A stretch of 64,000 nucleotides of DNA, taken from assembly GCA_034780895.1 (NCBI GenBank), contig JAUZTB010000080.1, positions 16,210,511 to 16,274,510 of the forward strand, given 5' to 3'. The DNA comes from Rhynchobatus australiae. Lineage: Eukaryota. The position numbers and the translations under genes were made by a program. Below the pieces are notes generated by a model. It ran no database searches, had not been told where the DNA came from, and saw nothing but the letters and a program-made list of their open reading frames with translations. How positions within the stretch are numbered: position 1 is the first letter of the stretch; each line of letters begins with the position of its first letter. Below are positions 10,985 through 24,469 of this stretch, one piece after another.

Positions 10985-13950
10985 TGCATTATTAAGTAGG
11001 GAGAATGTCATGGCTGCACTAAGACAACATCTTGGAAACCTCATCCAACAAGACCATATGGGTAGAACTCAGCTGCAATCACTATGATGGAGTTACACTA
11101 TAGGCCTCCTGATAGCCAGTGGGAGCTTGAGGAAGAGGTATGAAGGCAGATGTTAAAAACAAGAGTTATGGTGATGGAAGATCTCAACTTCCCCAATATT
11201 GACTGGGACTCCCTTAGTCTGTGTAAATGAAGCAGAATTCATTAGATGCATCCAGGAGGGTTTCATGAAATATATAGATAGTCCTACTCGGGATGGTGCG
11301 TGATAGACCTTACATTGGGGAATGGGCCTGACCAGGTGATTGAAGTTTCAGTGGTGGAGCACTTAGGGAACAGTGCCCCTAATTCCATAAGTTTTAAGAT
11401 AGTTATGAATAAGGATAAGTCTGGTCCTCAGGTATACATGGTAAGTTGGGGGTGGGGAGGGTAATTATAACCGTATTAGGCAGGAACTGGAGGAAGTAGA
11501 TTGGGAGTGGCATTATTGGGTCAATCCACATCTGACATGTGGCAGTCCTTCAAAGGCCATTTGATTAGAGTTCAAGACCAACCTACTCCCATCAGGATGA
11601 CAGGTATGGATGAGAAGAGATATTATAAATTTAGTCAAAAAAAGAGGAGGCACATGCAAGGTTTAGGAAGCTTAAATTGGACAAGGCCTCTTGAGGAATA
11701 TAAAGGAAGCTGGAAAGAACTTAAACAAGGAATTCGGAGAGATAAAAGGGGCCATGAAATGTCCCTAACAAGTAGGGTTAAGGAGAATCCAAAATCACTT
11801 TATACATATATAATAGGATCAAGAGGATAGCTAGGGAAAGAGAAGGCCCAGTTCGGGACAAAGGAGGGAACCCGTGCCTGGAGCCAGAAGAAGTGGGTGA
11901 AGACCTTAAGGAGTACTTCACTTCATATTCACCATGGACACGGATGATGGTGAGATCTAGGAGGGGTATGCAGATATTCTAGAGCATGTCAATATTAAGA
12001 AGGTGGTGGTGCTGGGTGTCTTGAAAAACATTAAGGCAGGTAAGTCCCCAGGGCATGGTGGGATCTATCCCAGTAAATGGAGGGAGGCAAGGTACGAGAT
12101 CGCTGGGGTCTTGACATAGATCTTTGCATCTCTTTTAGCCACAGGCAAGGTGGCAGAAGACTGGAGAATAGCCAGTATTGTTCTGTTGTTTAAGAAACAC
12201 ACAAACCAGGAAACTATTGACCAATGAGCCTTAAATCAGTGGTAGGGAAATTATTGAAGATTCTTATGAACAGGACTCATTTGTATTTGGAAGTCCACAA
12301 AAACATGGACTTGAGGATAGCCAGCATGGCTTTGTGTGGGACAAAATCCTGTCTACAAATCTGATTGAGTTTTTCTTTTGAGGAAGTGATGAAGATGATT
12401 GATCAGGGTAGAGTAGTGGANNNNNNNNNNNNNNNNNNNNNNNNNNNNNNNNNNNNNNNNNNNNNNNNNNNNNNNNNNNNNNNNNNNNNNNNNNNNNNNN
12501 NNNNNNNNNNNNNNNNNNNNAGTTTTTCTTTTGAGGAAGTGATGAAGATGATTGATAAGGGTAGAGTAGTGGATGTTTTTCACAAAGATTCTGGTAAAGC
12601 ATTTGATAAGGTTCCTCATGGTAGGCTGGTCCAGAAGATAAGTCACATGGGATCCATGGCAAGTTGGTAAATTGAATCCAAAACTGGCATGGTCATAGTT
12701 GACAGAGGGTAGTGGTGGAGGGGTGCTTTTCTGATGGGAGGTCTTTGATCAGTGGTGTCCCACAAGGATCAGTGCTAGGACCTCTGTTCTTTGTAATATA
12801 TATTAATGATTTGGGCAAAAATGTAGGTAGTCGGAAAACATGAAAATTGGCGGAGTTATGGATTATGAGAAAGGTTGTCAAAGGACGCAGCAGTTGGAAA
12901 TTTAGGAGAAGAAATGGCAGATGGGGTTTAGTCCAGTGAGAGGCAATGCATTTTGGGAGCTCAAATACAAGGGGAAAGTACAGGCGACCCCTGTGTTACC
13001 ACCATTCCAGTTATGGAAATTCACAAATCACCACCCGAATATTCGAGATACAGAATAAAATTTGTTCATGGAATTTGTGTGAAAAGAAAGTAAATAAAAT
13101 GAAAAATTTATTGCTTTTCAACTTACGTTTCAAGATGCATATGTAGATGGCACACCTTTGTGTTACCAAAAATTGCTGTGTCCAATTTTCTAGGAACACA
13201 ACCCCACCCCCTGTAATGCACGGATCACCTATATACAGTGATGGCAGAACCTCTCGGGAGCACTGATATACAGAAGGATCTTGGGGTGAGTGTCCATAGC
13301 TCCCTGACAGTGGCAACATAAGTGGATAGGGTGGAAGAGGCAGCATGCAGCATTTTTGCCTTTATCAGTCACACCACTGAGTATAATACGAGGAGTCACG
13401 TTGCAACTGTATAAAACTTTGGTTAGGCCATGGTTGTAGCATTGTGTGCAGTCAGGCCACCACACGAAAGGAAGAATGGAGAGGGTGCAGAAGAGGTTCA
13501 CCAGGATGTTGCCCGGATTGAAGTGTATTAGCTATAAGAGGTTAGATAAAACTTGGTTTTCTCTGGAGCACTGGAGGCTGAGGGGTGACCTGATAGAAGT
13601 AGAGTATATTAAAATTAAGAGAGGTATAAGTAAGGTAGAGAGTCAAACTCCTTCTCATATTAAGGGTATCAAAAGCAAGAGGGCAAAGGTGCAAGGTGAG
13701 AGGAAGGATTTTTAACGTGGATCTGAGGGTCAAGTTGTTTACACAGAGAGTGTACATCTGGAGTGCGCTGCCAGAGGTGGAATCAGATAAAATCACTATG
13801 CTTAAGGGACATTTAGACAGGTACTTGAATAGAAAAGGCGTAGAAGGATACAGTCCTAATGCAGGCAAATGGTATTAGTTTAGATGGGCAAAAAGGTCTG
13901 CATTGACGTGGTGGGCCGGAGGGCCTCTTTCTGTGCTGTACCACTCTCTG
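10985..13950 (+). mobile_element. Long decayed CR1 LINE (endonuclease and RT remnants to the 3' end)
   Basis: EN remnants (YRPP, DLNFPNIDW), RT remnants ([35 protein letters not shown]), C-terminus (ERVQKRFTRMLPGL) and a CR1 3' tail. Many frameshifts. Confidence 0.9.
12981..13231. mobile_element. Tc1/mariner (pogo/Tigger-like) MITE nested in CR1
   Basis: Imperfect TIRs CAGGCGACCCCTGTGTTAC / GTAATGCACGGATCACCTA, with TA on both sides (12979-80, 13232-33). CR1 sequence resumes afterwards. Confidence 0.75.
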
Positions 13951-14029
13951 ACCCTCTGAGTCTTTTCCCCAGGATAGAAATGTCAAATACAAAAGGGTAT
14001 AGGTTTAAAGTGAGAAGGGGACCCCACCA

Positions 14030-14870
14030 GGTCCTGCCTTATACTGTTGAAATCAGCCCTCCTCCAATTTAAGACCTTAACTCCAGTACCAACCTTAACT
14101 TTTTCCCTGACTACTTTGACTTACTGAGCTATGGTCACTGTTCCCAAAGGGTTCTTCCTTAGACATTTCCACTACTATAGTATAGCCCCTTCCCTATTAG
14201 GACTCTCTACATATTGTTTTAAAAACAGCTCGAAAGAATTTTAAGAATTCTACCCCATCTAAGCCTCTTACACTAAGGCAATCCCAGTCAATACTGGGAG
14301 AGTTAAAACCCCTCACTATTACAACCCTATCATTTTTACACCTTACTGTAATTTACCTACTTATCTGTTCTTCTAATTCCTGATGACTATTGGGAGACCT
14401 ATAGTAAACATCAGTGATTGCCCTTTTCTTATTTCTAAGTTCTGTCTGTATAGTCTCATTGGCCAATCCCTCCAAGATATTCCCCTGTACTGCTGTAATG
14501 CTCTCCATGATCAGGTCTACACTGCCTCCCCTTTTGTAACCCCTCTGCCACAGCTAAAATATTTATACCCTGGAACAGAGCTGCCATTCCTACTCATCCC
14601 TCCACCATGCTTCCAACAACAGCATAATCCCATATGCTGATCCATGCTCTCAATCCATCCATCTTACCTGCAAGAATCCTTGCGATAAACTAAATGCAGT
14701 TAAGCCTACCTATTCCCTCATGCTTCCCCACCTGTCTGCTCTGCCCACTAGATTTGCCTGTTCTATTTTTTGTACATGATTTTGACTCCCCACCTGCTGC
14801 ACTGTCATTCTGTGTCACAAACCTCCGCTTCACTAGTTTAAAATCCTCCCAGCAAACCTCGCAATTTTCT
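14030..14870 (-). mobile_element. CR1 endonuclease-region fragment
   Basis: Minus-strand DNA similar to the EN region at 11080-11400 (ggttttaactctcccagtattgactggga). Confidence 0.65.
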
Positions 14871-15179
14871 GATCAAAATTCCTCTAATGCCTCTATATTT
14901 ATTTCCTGATATTGGCCACTTAGAAGTATGGATCTGTATTAGCTATTAGATCATACCCATTTATTTTGACTTTTGCCATTAATTCACCCATCCTGTTATG
15001 AATGTTGTGTGTATTCAGATAGAGCCTTTATTTTGCCTTTTCACTATTTTCCCTTCCTGATTCCAGTTGGAGATATCCTGACCCACCTGGTTACCATTAC
15101 CCATTTTACTTGTTTCCACTATTACTTTTACCTTTGTTCTAGGGCTACAGCTGTATCATAATCAATAGTTGTGGGGGCA

Positions 15180-16380
15180 CAGATATCTTCTTTTGCAACT
15201 ATGAGGTACAATACTGAGGACAGGGTTATCACTGTACAATAGGTGCAGTACTGGGACACAGAACTGTCACAATACAACTGAGGCCTACAGTGATGGTATA
15301 GCAGAGGTATAGCACGAGAGTGATTCTTTCCCCACAGGGGTCACCTGATCCGTCGAGTATTTCTAGCCTTTTCTGTTTTTATTACTGAGGTACTTTCTTG
15401 GGCACAGAGCACAACACGGGGGTTGCAGACCTACCACTATACAGCTCTGAGCTACAGTTTTCAGAATCGAATCTGACACCAGAACTAAGACAACACTAGG
15501 GCAATGGGTACTTCATTGTACAACATAGGTACAGCACTGGGGATAGGTTTGTTACTATATAACAGAGGTACAATAACAAAGACACAGATCTAACAAAATA
15601 CAATAAAATAGCACTGCAAGATATAACAGTATTGGGATCAGATTTCTCACTGCACAACAGAGATACAATAGATTGATCTCGCATATATGACACATTGATC
15701 TCAGATATATGACTCAGAGTATTGAGGTACCAACAATTACTGCTCAACAAGGAGAATGTGGGTTTCTCACTACAACAATGAGGTGCAGAGAAACAGATCT
15801 GCCACTATACAACAATATACAGCTATACACAACCAGGAACACATTTCACACTGTAGAACACTGAGCTGCACATCCATTATTGTTGAACATCAAAGGTGCA
15901 GTATAAAGGACGTAGGTTTGTCACTAAAGAGCACTGAGGTACATGGGGCACAGGTATGTCACTATCCAAGAGGTACAATATTAGAAACACAGACCAGACA
16001 CGATACAACACTAAAGGTATGGCTCTGAGGGTTTAGATTCACCACTGAACTACAATACTAGGGCAGAAATCTTCTACTGTACAGGTACTTGGACATGACT
16101 GTGTCACAATACAAGAGCCACAGTGGTGTAGGACGTGTGTTATTGGCACAATGACATACTAAACTGGGGACATCGATCTCTCACTGCCTAACAATGGAGG
16201 TCCAGTACCAGGTGCAGAGTAAACCAGATCTGATGCCACGTAACACAGTAACAGTCTTGAGATGCAGATCTGACCAAACAACACTTTGTAACTATACTGT
16301 ACACATTTGTCATTGAAGAACACTAAAGTATAGTACAGGGGGAAAGTTTTCCACATACAACATTAAAGTATAACATGGAA
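15180..16380. repeat. Highly degenerate ~40-bp minisatellite
   Basis: Recurrent cactgtacaac..gaggtacagtactggggacaggt(t/c)tgt-like units over about 1.2 kb. Confidence 0.7.
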
Positions 16381-17020
16381 ACTTTGAAACCAGTAGAAAT
16401 AATCAATAATGAATCTCAACTCTGGCCCATATCTCTTACAGGGTAGCTTTCTAGAATACAGTGCTTAATCCCAAATGTCGTGAGGGTTGTCGTAAACACA
16501 GTTAATTTAAAAAAAACTGGATTTCAGGAGTACGACATTACCAGTGAAGGAAAATAAACCAAAGTGTTTCACAGGAGGGTAACTAGAAAAGATTAACACG
16601 GACCACAGAGGGCAATATTAGGAGAGGTGAGCAAATGTTGGGCAGAGGTAGGTTTGAAGGGTGGTGGAGAGGTGGAAGGATTTAAGGAGAAATCCTGAAC
16701 ATGGACATCGACAGTGGGGTGGGAGAGGGCAGGGGCATTTCACTGGGATTTGAAGGAAGGCAGGGTTGCTGCAAAGTATTATAGACTCTTACTGGAAGTG
16801 CACTCTAATGCGAGGTTCAATGGACAAGACTTTGGTGCCCACGGCCAACATGTCCATCAGGATGTCACACAAAGTCCTTGGATAAAAGAGGAGATAAAAA
16901 GTCTGTCCTGGAGGAGGGGAGGTCAATTCATAAGGAATGGGAAGCTTTAGTCACCCTCTGCCACTCCATCCCCACCCTACCACTGACAACGCCCTCGGAA
17001 AGCACGGCAGCAATTCTTAC

Positions 17021-20000
17021 CATCTCTCTGGCCATTTCTACAGCTTCTTGCAGTCCATAGAGTCTCCCAGAGATCAGGTAGACCCCGCTGGCCCAGAGCA
17101 CACAGGACTCGTGGATCCACAGTTCATTGGGGTCTAGAGGTAGTTGAGGGAGCTGTAGCTCCACCTGCGGGCCGAGCTCACTTTTAAATCTCTGAGTCCG
17201 TAAGTCGACAGAAGTCTTTACACAGCAGTAGCAGCGGCGGTGTCCTTTGCTGGTCCTGGGACTAGCCCAGGAAGGGGTGCAATCTTCGCTGTAGTGACGC
17301 CTTTTGAACCTGGGGTGCCCCAGGACAGTCCCAAACTCCTTGCTCTCGTCGCCCGATTGGCCAGTCTTCAGCAGGTCGGGCATGCTCCTGTGCCTCACCA
17401 CCCGGCTCTGCACCGGTGCCATCTTCTTTGGGGGTGGGTTCTTGGGCAGGGTGCCAGCATACTGGTGAGGGTAGTACGGTCCGAAAAGGTCACCCAGGTC
17501 CCGGTGATTGGCACACTTGCCACACAGGCAGCAGACCAAGACACCAAGGGTGGAGGAGTCAGTCACCAACGGGCCCTGCACCATGTGCGAGGACGTCGGC
17601 AAGGCTTTGCCAGCACAACTGGGCGGTGGGGCGGAGGTCGGCCCCTGGTGACCCTTCACCCCTTTCTGGGCCCTGTTTTGATCATCCTGGGTGTTGATTA
17701 TGGTGCAGAGAGCTGCCTCACGTTTCCTCTCCAGCAGCACATAGGGAGAGAAACCCTTGTCCTGGGACTCCGGCCGCCTCCTGCGCGCCACTCGAGCAGT
17801 GTGCTTCAGCTTAATTTCGGGCTCCTCAGGCAATATGACGGGGCCTTCGAGCCTCTTGCGGCGTCTCCTCGGGTGGGAGGCCGGTTTCTTCCTCTCAGCC
17901 CTCACCTTGGCTTTGGCCTTCTCCTCCTCTGCCTCATCCTGAGTCCGTGGGACCTGGCACTCCTGCCGGTGGCGTTTCTGCTTGTTGATGCTCCCCAGCG
18001 GCCTTCCCCGCTTCTTGCCAGATGGGAAGTACCCTTTCACAGCCACGACTTCCGCTTTGGGCACGACGCCAATGGGCCCTTCCCCGGTTTGGTGCGCCAG
18101 GGGGCGGGGCAGAGGGCAAGGGGGGCCGCACTGCTTGGAGTCGGGATGATGTGGAACCCGAGCAGTGGGTGAGGAGCCTCCGCAGATCTGGGAGCAGTTG
18201 GAGTGCCCCACCTCGCAGGGGGTCTCAGAGAGCCGAGCCTGCACCTCAGCTCCCTCCTTGTGATCTCCATCCACCTTGTACCCAGGCTGCACCATTGCCC
18301 CGCTGGCTCTCTCCCAACCTGCCTCTTTGACAGACAGAATGTCTTCTAGTGTCAGACTGTCAGAGGCTCCGTCAAGCATCCCAGTTGGCGGGAACTTCCT
18401 CCCATTGGGTGAGGTGATTTTCTGGACAATGGCTTCCAGCTTTAGGCCTCGCCCCTTCCGCGGGGGCAGGGTCTTGGTTTTACCGGGACTGGCGAGGGAA
18501 GCAGCTGGAGAAAGGCTCCCACCAGGGCTGCCCTTCTCGTCATTCATCTGCTGGGATTCGTCGCCAGGCTCAGCCTTTTGCATGGGGTTCAGGCTGGCAC
18601 TGCACTGAGAGTCGTTAGGGTCACGGGGGGCCATCGAGTCCTTGGCTTTCGGCTCTTGGCAGAATCTTTTGGCTGGAATCGGTGATATAAAAGATCTTAT
18701 CCTTCTCCTCGACAAAATAGAGGACTGAATCGAGGATTCCTCCTGACTTATTGTATTGTTTTGCTTTTTAGGCGAATGCTTGCTTGTGGCTATTGACTGT
18801 TCATCCAGCCGTGAGCTTTGGGCCTCATAACTCTGAGGTGAAAACATCTGGAGCGAGGCATGGCTACCCATCTCCTGTTGCATGGCATCAGAGTGTCTTG
18901 GCTCCTTCTGAATCCCACCCCTGCACATCTCTGCAGTAGAGTTTTTCCCCTCACTTGTGTTTGCCCAGTCACTTGCACCTTCAGGATTTTGCATCTGCTT
19001 CTGCGAGTGAATTGGGTACCTCATTGTGGCTTCGGACTCCATACCCGAGGAACAAGCATTTACTTGCTTAGTTAGCAGGGAGGAGAGTGTATCGGAGTTT
19101 GCAGAACCAGGATACATGGTGACCTTGTCCAATGATGCTGGCAGGTGATCACGAGATTGCCCAAGGTGCCCGGCTCTGCCAGCTTCTGGCATACCTTCCT
19201 GTTTGACAAGTGATGTTCTTGTCAGGAAAGCATTGCTGTCTGACACCCTGGTTAGGCATAGCAGCCNNNNNNNNNNNNNNNNNNNNNNNNNNNNNNNNNN
19301 NNNNNNNNNNNNNNNNNNNNNNNNNNNNNNNNNNNNNNNNNNNNNNNNNNNNNNNNNNNNNNNNNNCACCCCACCTCTGCCTGCTCCCCTACCATAGGGC
19401 CGCCTTGCCCTGGTAGATCGGTTATTCAGGACCTGATGGGGAAAGTTACTGGCGGGTCCCATGGGCAGTGGGGTGGATATCATGGTGGAACCCCTGACCA
19501 ACTGCGAAGGATCATACTTCCAGTGGGGTGAGAGTGTCCTGGGATCTCTGTCGTCATGATGGCCAAGGCTCCTCTGCTGACCCAGGTTTTGGCCCATCTC
19601 ACCTTTAATTCGCGTTTCTGACATCACTGGAATACCCGTCTGGATAACAGACTGCCCTGCTTTGCAAAACTTGTCTCCCTTCACGTTCCGGACAAAGTCC
19701 TGATCGTGAGACTGTCCGCAGGTTAGGGGCGTGGAGCTACGGCCAAACGGCCTCGATGGAGAAACGTCGCAGATGACGGACTTCCTCTCCGACATCCCAC
19801 TTTCGAGCTGGGTCTCCAGGTCAGCCCTGCCCTGCTCCGTTGTGAAGCCGGGGCCCAGTGCCCTCCCATCCCCCCAACCAGGGGGCAGAACCGCAGCACT
19901 GCTGTGCACGTCCTTCCTCGCCAACTCAATCATTTGCCGCACAGGGTAGCCAGGCTGCAGCGAGGGCTCTGTGAATCCCGAATATTGCAGGTCGGGACCA

Positions 20001-22135
20001 TAATTTGGGTGAAACTTCCTCCCAGGATAGTTGGCTTGTAAAGCTTCTTGGAGCAAACTGTGGGTCTTCTCAACCTTATTTGGGATTGCCTTCCTGTCCC
20101 CGAGAGCAAACTGCTCGGTCTCCAGTTGGCCGTAAGGGACCGCTGGGTACTGCATTTGATGGTAGCCACCTTCATTTCTGGGCACATCACGAAAGCCGTA
20201 CGCCAAGCAGCTGGGGGACTTGGAGGAGTCCAACCTTGTAGCCATGGGGTCACCGGGCACCGTGTGACCTTGGTGCCCAAGGCCATTGCCATTCTGGGCC
20301 GCTGATCTTCCTGTGCTGCTGCGGCTGCTGTTGGGTTGCTGGCTACGGCTGGGTGCTTTCTCGCCGGCGATAGGGAAGGCAGATTGCCTGGCGTGCTCGT
20401 CCTCTTGCCCAGCAATGCCCATCACATCCCCTCTCCCGGCCATCGTTTCCCTAGACACGATGACGCCCACTGGTTTCTCACCTCGCCGCGGACCTTGCTC
20501 TGCCAGCGTTGCCATGGCACCGCCTTTACCCTCCTGACACATCTGGGCCATCAGCTCCTCCTTGGACAGGGGCCGCCCGGTGCCGTCACCGTGGGAACCA
20601 GCCGGTGAGCAAGTGGCGTTGAGAGCTTCGGGGTTGCGGGACTTGAAGGCCTGCTCCGAGCAGCCGCTCTGCCCACTGAGCTGCCGTACCCGCTCCGCGT
20701 GGTCCTCCGAAGAGCTGGAGCAGCCACCATCCAGGGAGTCTGCCTGGGGCGACTTCAGCTGTTCCTCCAGGCCCGGCAGCTCGCCCGGGGCTCCAGTCCT
20801 CTTGCCGGAGCGGCGGGCTTGCCTGCGATGCAAGGCCAGTGAGTCGGAGATCAGCAGGTGCTGCACTGTGTTGGGGATGTTGGCCACCTGTGAGCTCAGG
20901 GCTGTCAGGCTGCTCAGGCCCAGGTCCGATGCCCTCTTCTCACCTCCACCCTCCAGGCCGAAGCCCTCGTACGTCCCGGACTGAGAGCTGGGGCTGGGCA
21001 TCAGCCCTGCCGGGGTGGGACTGGGCTGGGGCATCTGCTGCAGGATCCGGCTCCTCATGCCCATGGATCCCGGGCCGCACTGAAGGCTGTCACCACCGAC
21101 CAGCAGAGGGGACGGGGTGGAGCTACACGAGGGGGACTGGGCCACGGGGGTGGCTGGCGAGGGGTTGGAACTGGGACTGAAGTTCTGGTGGAATGGCATG
21201 GGCGATTTGGCAGAAATGTCAGCTGAACAGTAGGAGGCAAACTGCTGGTTGAGCAAGGCCATCTTGGCGGGGGTGGAGTACGGCAGGGCTCGGTGGGCGT
21301 GTTGCTGGCCCGCCAGTGGTTTTGCCTGCTCAAAGCAGGGCTTGGCCACGGGCGGTTGGTAGCTGTAACCCGCTTGGGTCCCGTAACCAGAGGCAACCGC
21401 AGCATTGACTGGGTAGCCATCGCACTGGCCACTGGCACTGGCGTGGTAGCCGTCAAATGCCTGCCCGGGAGGCTGGCTGTAGCCTTGGGGAGACAGGTAG
21501 GAGGAGGATGAAGAGGAGGTAGAGGTGGTAGTAGTGGTGGTAGAGGTGGAGGAAGAGGGTTGGAACTGCTGGGGGTTATACTGGGCTGCACGGTGCTGGT
21601 ATTTGGTCAGCAGGCCCGAACTGGACTGGTGGACGAGCTGGGAAAGGTGAGCAGTGGTGGAAGGGGCTTGAGCCAGTCCCTGGCTGCCAGGGGTTGCTTG
21701 GAAGGGCTGGTGTCGTAGCTGCTGCTGAGTAGTACCCGGTGAAAACTGACTGGTGTACACATCCTGCTCAAAGTGGCTGTAGCCTGGCATGGAGGTGTGT
21801 GATGGCCGCCACTGGCCCTCACTCAGGTATTGCACTGAGTAGCCTCCAGCCTGCTGAGTTCCATACCCGCTCTGCAGGGTCCCAGCCAGCCTGCGCTGAG
21901 CCTGGGTGCTGGTCAGCTCCTTCCCCCGCGAGTAATAGTAATCAGTGGGCTCCCTGCGGAAGGGCGGGTACAGCTGCTGGTCACAACCCTCGCTGACTGG
22001 CCGGTTGCTGTAGCCACTGAACATCTGACCCTGGTGGTGCTGGTTGTAGTCGCTCAGACGGGAGGACTCCTGGGCCTCTTGATGCAGCAGCCTCTGGTTC
22101 CCATGGTAACTGCTCTGCTCCCGGTAGGACTGCAT
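17021..22135 (-). CDS. TCF20: TCF20 (SPBP) giant first coding exon
   Basis: The ORF begins MQSYREQSSYHGNQ (human TCF20 as recalled: MQSFREQSSYHGNQ). It contains LPPRKGRGLKLEAIVQKITSP, the AT-hook-like GYFPSGKKRGRP, and the start of the ePHD region (VCCLCGK..LGDLFGPYYP, ELWIHESCVLWASGVYL..GRLYGLQEA). The acceptor ttctgcag puts the exon start at 22170, 35 nt before the ATG. The donor is ATG|gtaaga at 17020. A 100-N gap lies at 19267-19366. Confidence 0.95.
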
Positions 22136-22237
22136 GCCGCGGTGTTGCACAGTTCGTACCCCAGCAGGTTCTGCAGAAATCAGGCAGAGATGAGACTGTT
22201 AAAGAAATGAGCATTGCCAATATCCAAAATACCCAGA

Positions 22238-22256
22238 GGGGGGGGGGAGAGGGGGG

Positions 22257-22341
<85 letters not shown>
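22238..22341 (+). repeat. G-run plus (GA)n microsatellite
   Basis: Directly visible. It forms a (TC)n tract about 70 nt upstream of the TCF20 giant-exon acceptor. Confidence 0.97.
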
Positions 22342-22559
22342 CAAGAATCATTTCCCTGGGGCAAGGATAATCATAGCTAAGCAGCAGTGTTGGTTGTTTA
22401 TAGCCCTCTGAATAGCAATTGTGATGANNNNNNNNNNNNNNNNNNNNNNNNNNNNNNNNNNNNNNNNNNNNNNNNNNNNNNNNNNNNNNNNNNNNNNNNN
22501 NNNNNNNNNNNNNNNNNNNNNNNNNNNAGGACGGAAATCAGGGAACTAACTGGGGTAAT

Positions 22560-22860
22560 GTAGAAAGGTAATACAGTAATCATGGGAGACTTTAACTCAC
22601 AGAGAGACAGGGAAAATCAAATTAGTACGAAGAACGTAGAAGATAAATTCCTGAGTTGTACCAAGAGATGGATTTGTATGTTGAAGAACCATCTCGGAAA
22701 CTGGCTATTTTAGATCTCGTCCTGTGCAGTGAGAAAGGGTTAATTATTAATCTTTTGTAAAGCAGCCCCTAGGAAAGGGTGACAATAACACAGGAGAATG
22801 TTCCCTTGTTTGAAAGTGATGTAGTTCAATGTGAGACCAGGGGTTTCAATCTAAACAAAG
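22560..22860 (+). mobile_element. CR1 endonuclease fragment
   Basis: Reads VIMGDFN, ILDLVLCSEKGLI and PLGKGD. Confidence 0.7.
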
Positions 22861-22869
22861 GAAGTAAAA

Positions 22870-23010
22870 GAACAAACAGAAAATGCTGGGAATACTCAGC
22901 AGACGATTGCAATAAGGGTCACTGACTTGGAATGCAAACTCTGTTTCTCTCTCCACAGATACTGCCTGTTCTGCCAAATATCCTCAGCAACTTCTGTTGA
23001 TTTCAGCTTG
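22870..23010. mobile_element. Short foldback Penelope-pLTR relic
   Basis: aacagaaaatgctgggaatactcagcag is inverted against ctgccaaatatcctcagcaacttctgtt. Confidence 0.55.
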
Positions 23011-23257
23011 AGCACTTCCAGTTTTTTAAAATATTTTCAAGTGTTAAGGTTGGCCGAAGGAAATTGGGAAAAAGTGCATTAATGTATTTGATAGTGGACA
23101 GGCAATGGCTGGCATTTAAAGAAATAAAACATATTTGCAACAAATTTACATTCCTTTGGATACAAAGACATAATAGGAAATGTGGCTCATACATGGATTA
23201 CAGACAGATTTAATAATACCTTTAATTCCAAGGAGAAGGCTTATAAAACTCCCAGTT

Positions 23258-23590
23258 GGTGGCATAATAGCTCAGCTACAGAGCTGCTGTCTGACCACTC
23301 CATTGACTCAGGTTGAATCATGACCTCAGATACTGTCTGTGTGGAGCTTCCACGTACTCCCAGGCTATAAACCTGGGACCTCGTAGGTTTCTACTGCATG
23401 CTTCAATTTCCTCCCACCTTCCAAAGACTTGCGGTTCAGCATGTTAATTGACTACTGTAATTTGCTCTAGTGGTAGAATCCGGGGGAGTTGCTGGGAATG
23501 TAGTGGAGAATGACAAGTGGAATTAGTGTAGATTAGTGAGAATGGATGCTTGATGGGCTGGAGGGCTTGTTTCTGAGGTGGGCAACACTA
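23258..23590 (+). mobile_element. V-SINE/HE1-type tRNA-derived SINE (degenerate)
   Basis: tRNA-like head plus ctgtctgtgtggag..ttcctcccac..ccaaagac central V-domain. Confidence 0.7.
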
Positions 23591-24469
23591 TGATTCTAAA
23601 AGAGATAAGTCCAAGAACTGACTCTCATTTACTCTCATTCCATTTTCCTTTTCTTTATTAATTTCTTGTGCCTCCTCTGCTGAATTCCAAAATCCTGCCA
23701 ATCTTCAGGCTTATTACTGTTTATTCTGGTAACTCCAGAAGACTTTTCTTAGATTTACTTTCTTCTGTAATCCATGGTCGGACCAATGTTGTGTCTTTCT
23801 GCCTTAAAGGAATGTACATTTATTGCATGTATTTTTTATTTAAGTATCTGCCTTTGGCTGTTCACCGATATACTTTAATGTGGTTTTCCAATCTGAGACA
23901 GCCAACCTGCCCCTCAAATCTTCAGAGGTTCCTTTGTTTAGATAGAAAACACTGGCTTCGCATTGAAAATCACTAAATGCAAAACTTTATCATGTTATGC
24001 TCACACTTTGAGGGAGTCCATCTACAACATGATTAATCCTCTCATTGCAGTCCTGGATCTAAAATACTATTCCCTAGTTAGTACCTCATATACCAGTCTA
24101 GAAATCTGTTATGTATATATTCCAGGAAATCATCCTCTACATAGTACTAATTTAATGTAGGTTAAAGCTCCCTATGATTACAGTCTTACCTGCTGCATGC
24201 ATCCATCTCTTCCTCTCTATACTGTGCCCTGCAGCACCACCACTAACTGGAGGCCCATAAACAACTTCCACCAATGATTTCTGCCCTCTCTTGTTTCTTA
24301 GCTCCACCTAAATCAATTTTAACTCTAACATCAATTTACCAAGCCATGCTCCTTTCCTATTACTTTATTGATGTCATCCCTTAATAACGGTGCTAACCTG
24401 CCCCCTTTTCCATTATACAGCCTTCCTAAATACTGAGATCCTAGGTATACTTGGTTCCCAGATTTAATG

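Noticed and set aside
12368-12573. ~53-bp direct repeat either side of a gap
   Set aside because: An unmerged contig overlap around a 100-N placeholder. Shorter overlaps flank other gaps (2654, 7523, 62992).
16928-17020. ORF-track C-terminus VRIAAVLSEG...
   Set aside because: Read-through into the intron past the ATG|gtaaga donor. The true continuation is the exon at 6730-6823.
17240-21996. Many plus-strand and alternative-frame ORFs (e.g. 17240-18172, 310 aa)
   Set aside because: These are shadows of the GC-rich TCF20 coding exon and have no recognisable domain.
17021-22135. Assignment to the paralogue RAI1
   Set aside because: The N-terminus (EQSSYHGNQ) and C-terminus (STEQSERG) match recalled TCF20 rather than RAI1.
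22136-22150. ORF-track start at GTG 22150
   Set aside because: The conserved start is the ATG at 22135 (MQSYREQ).
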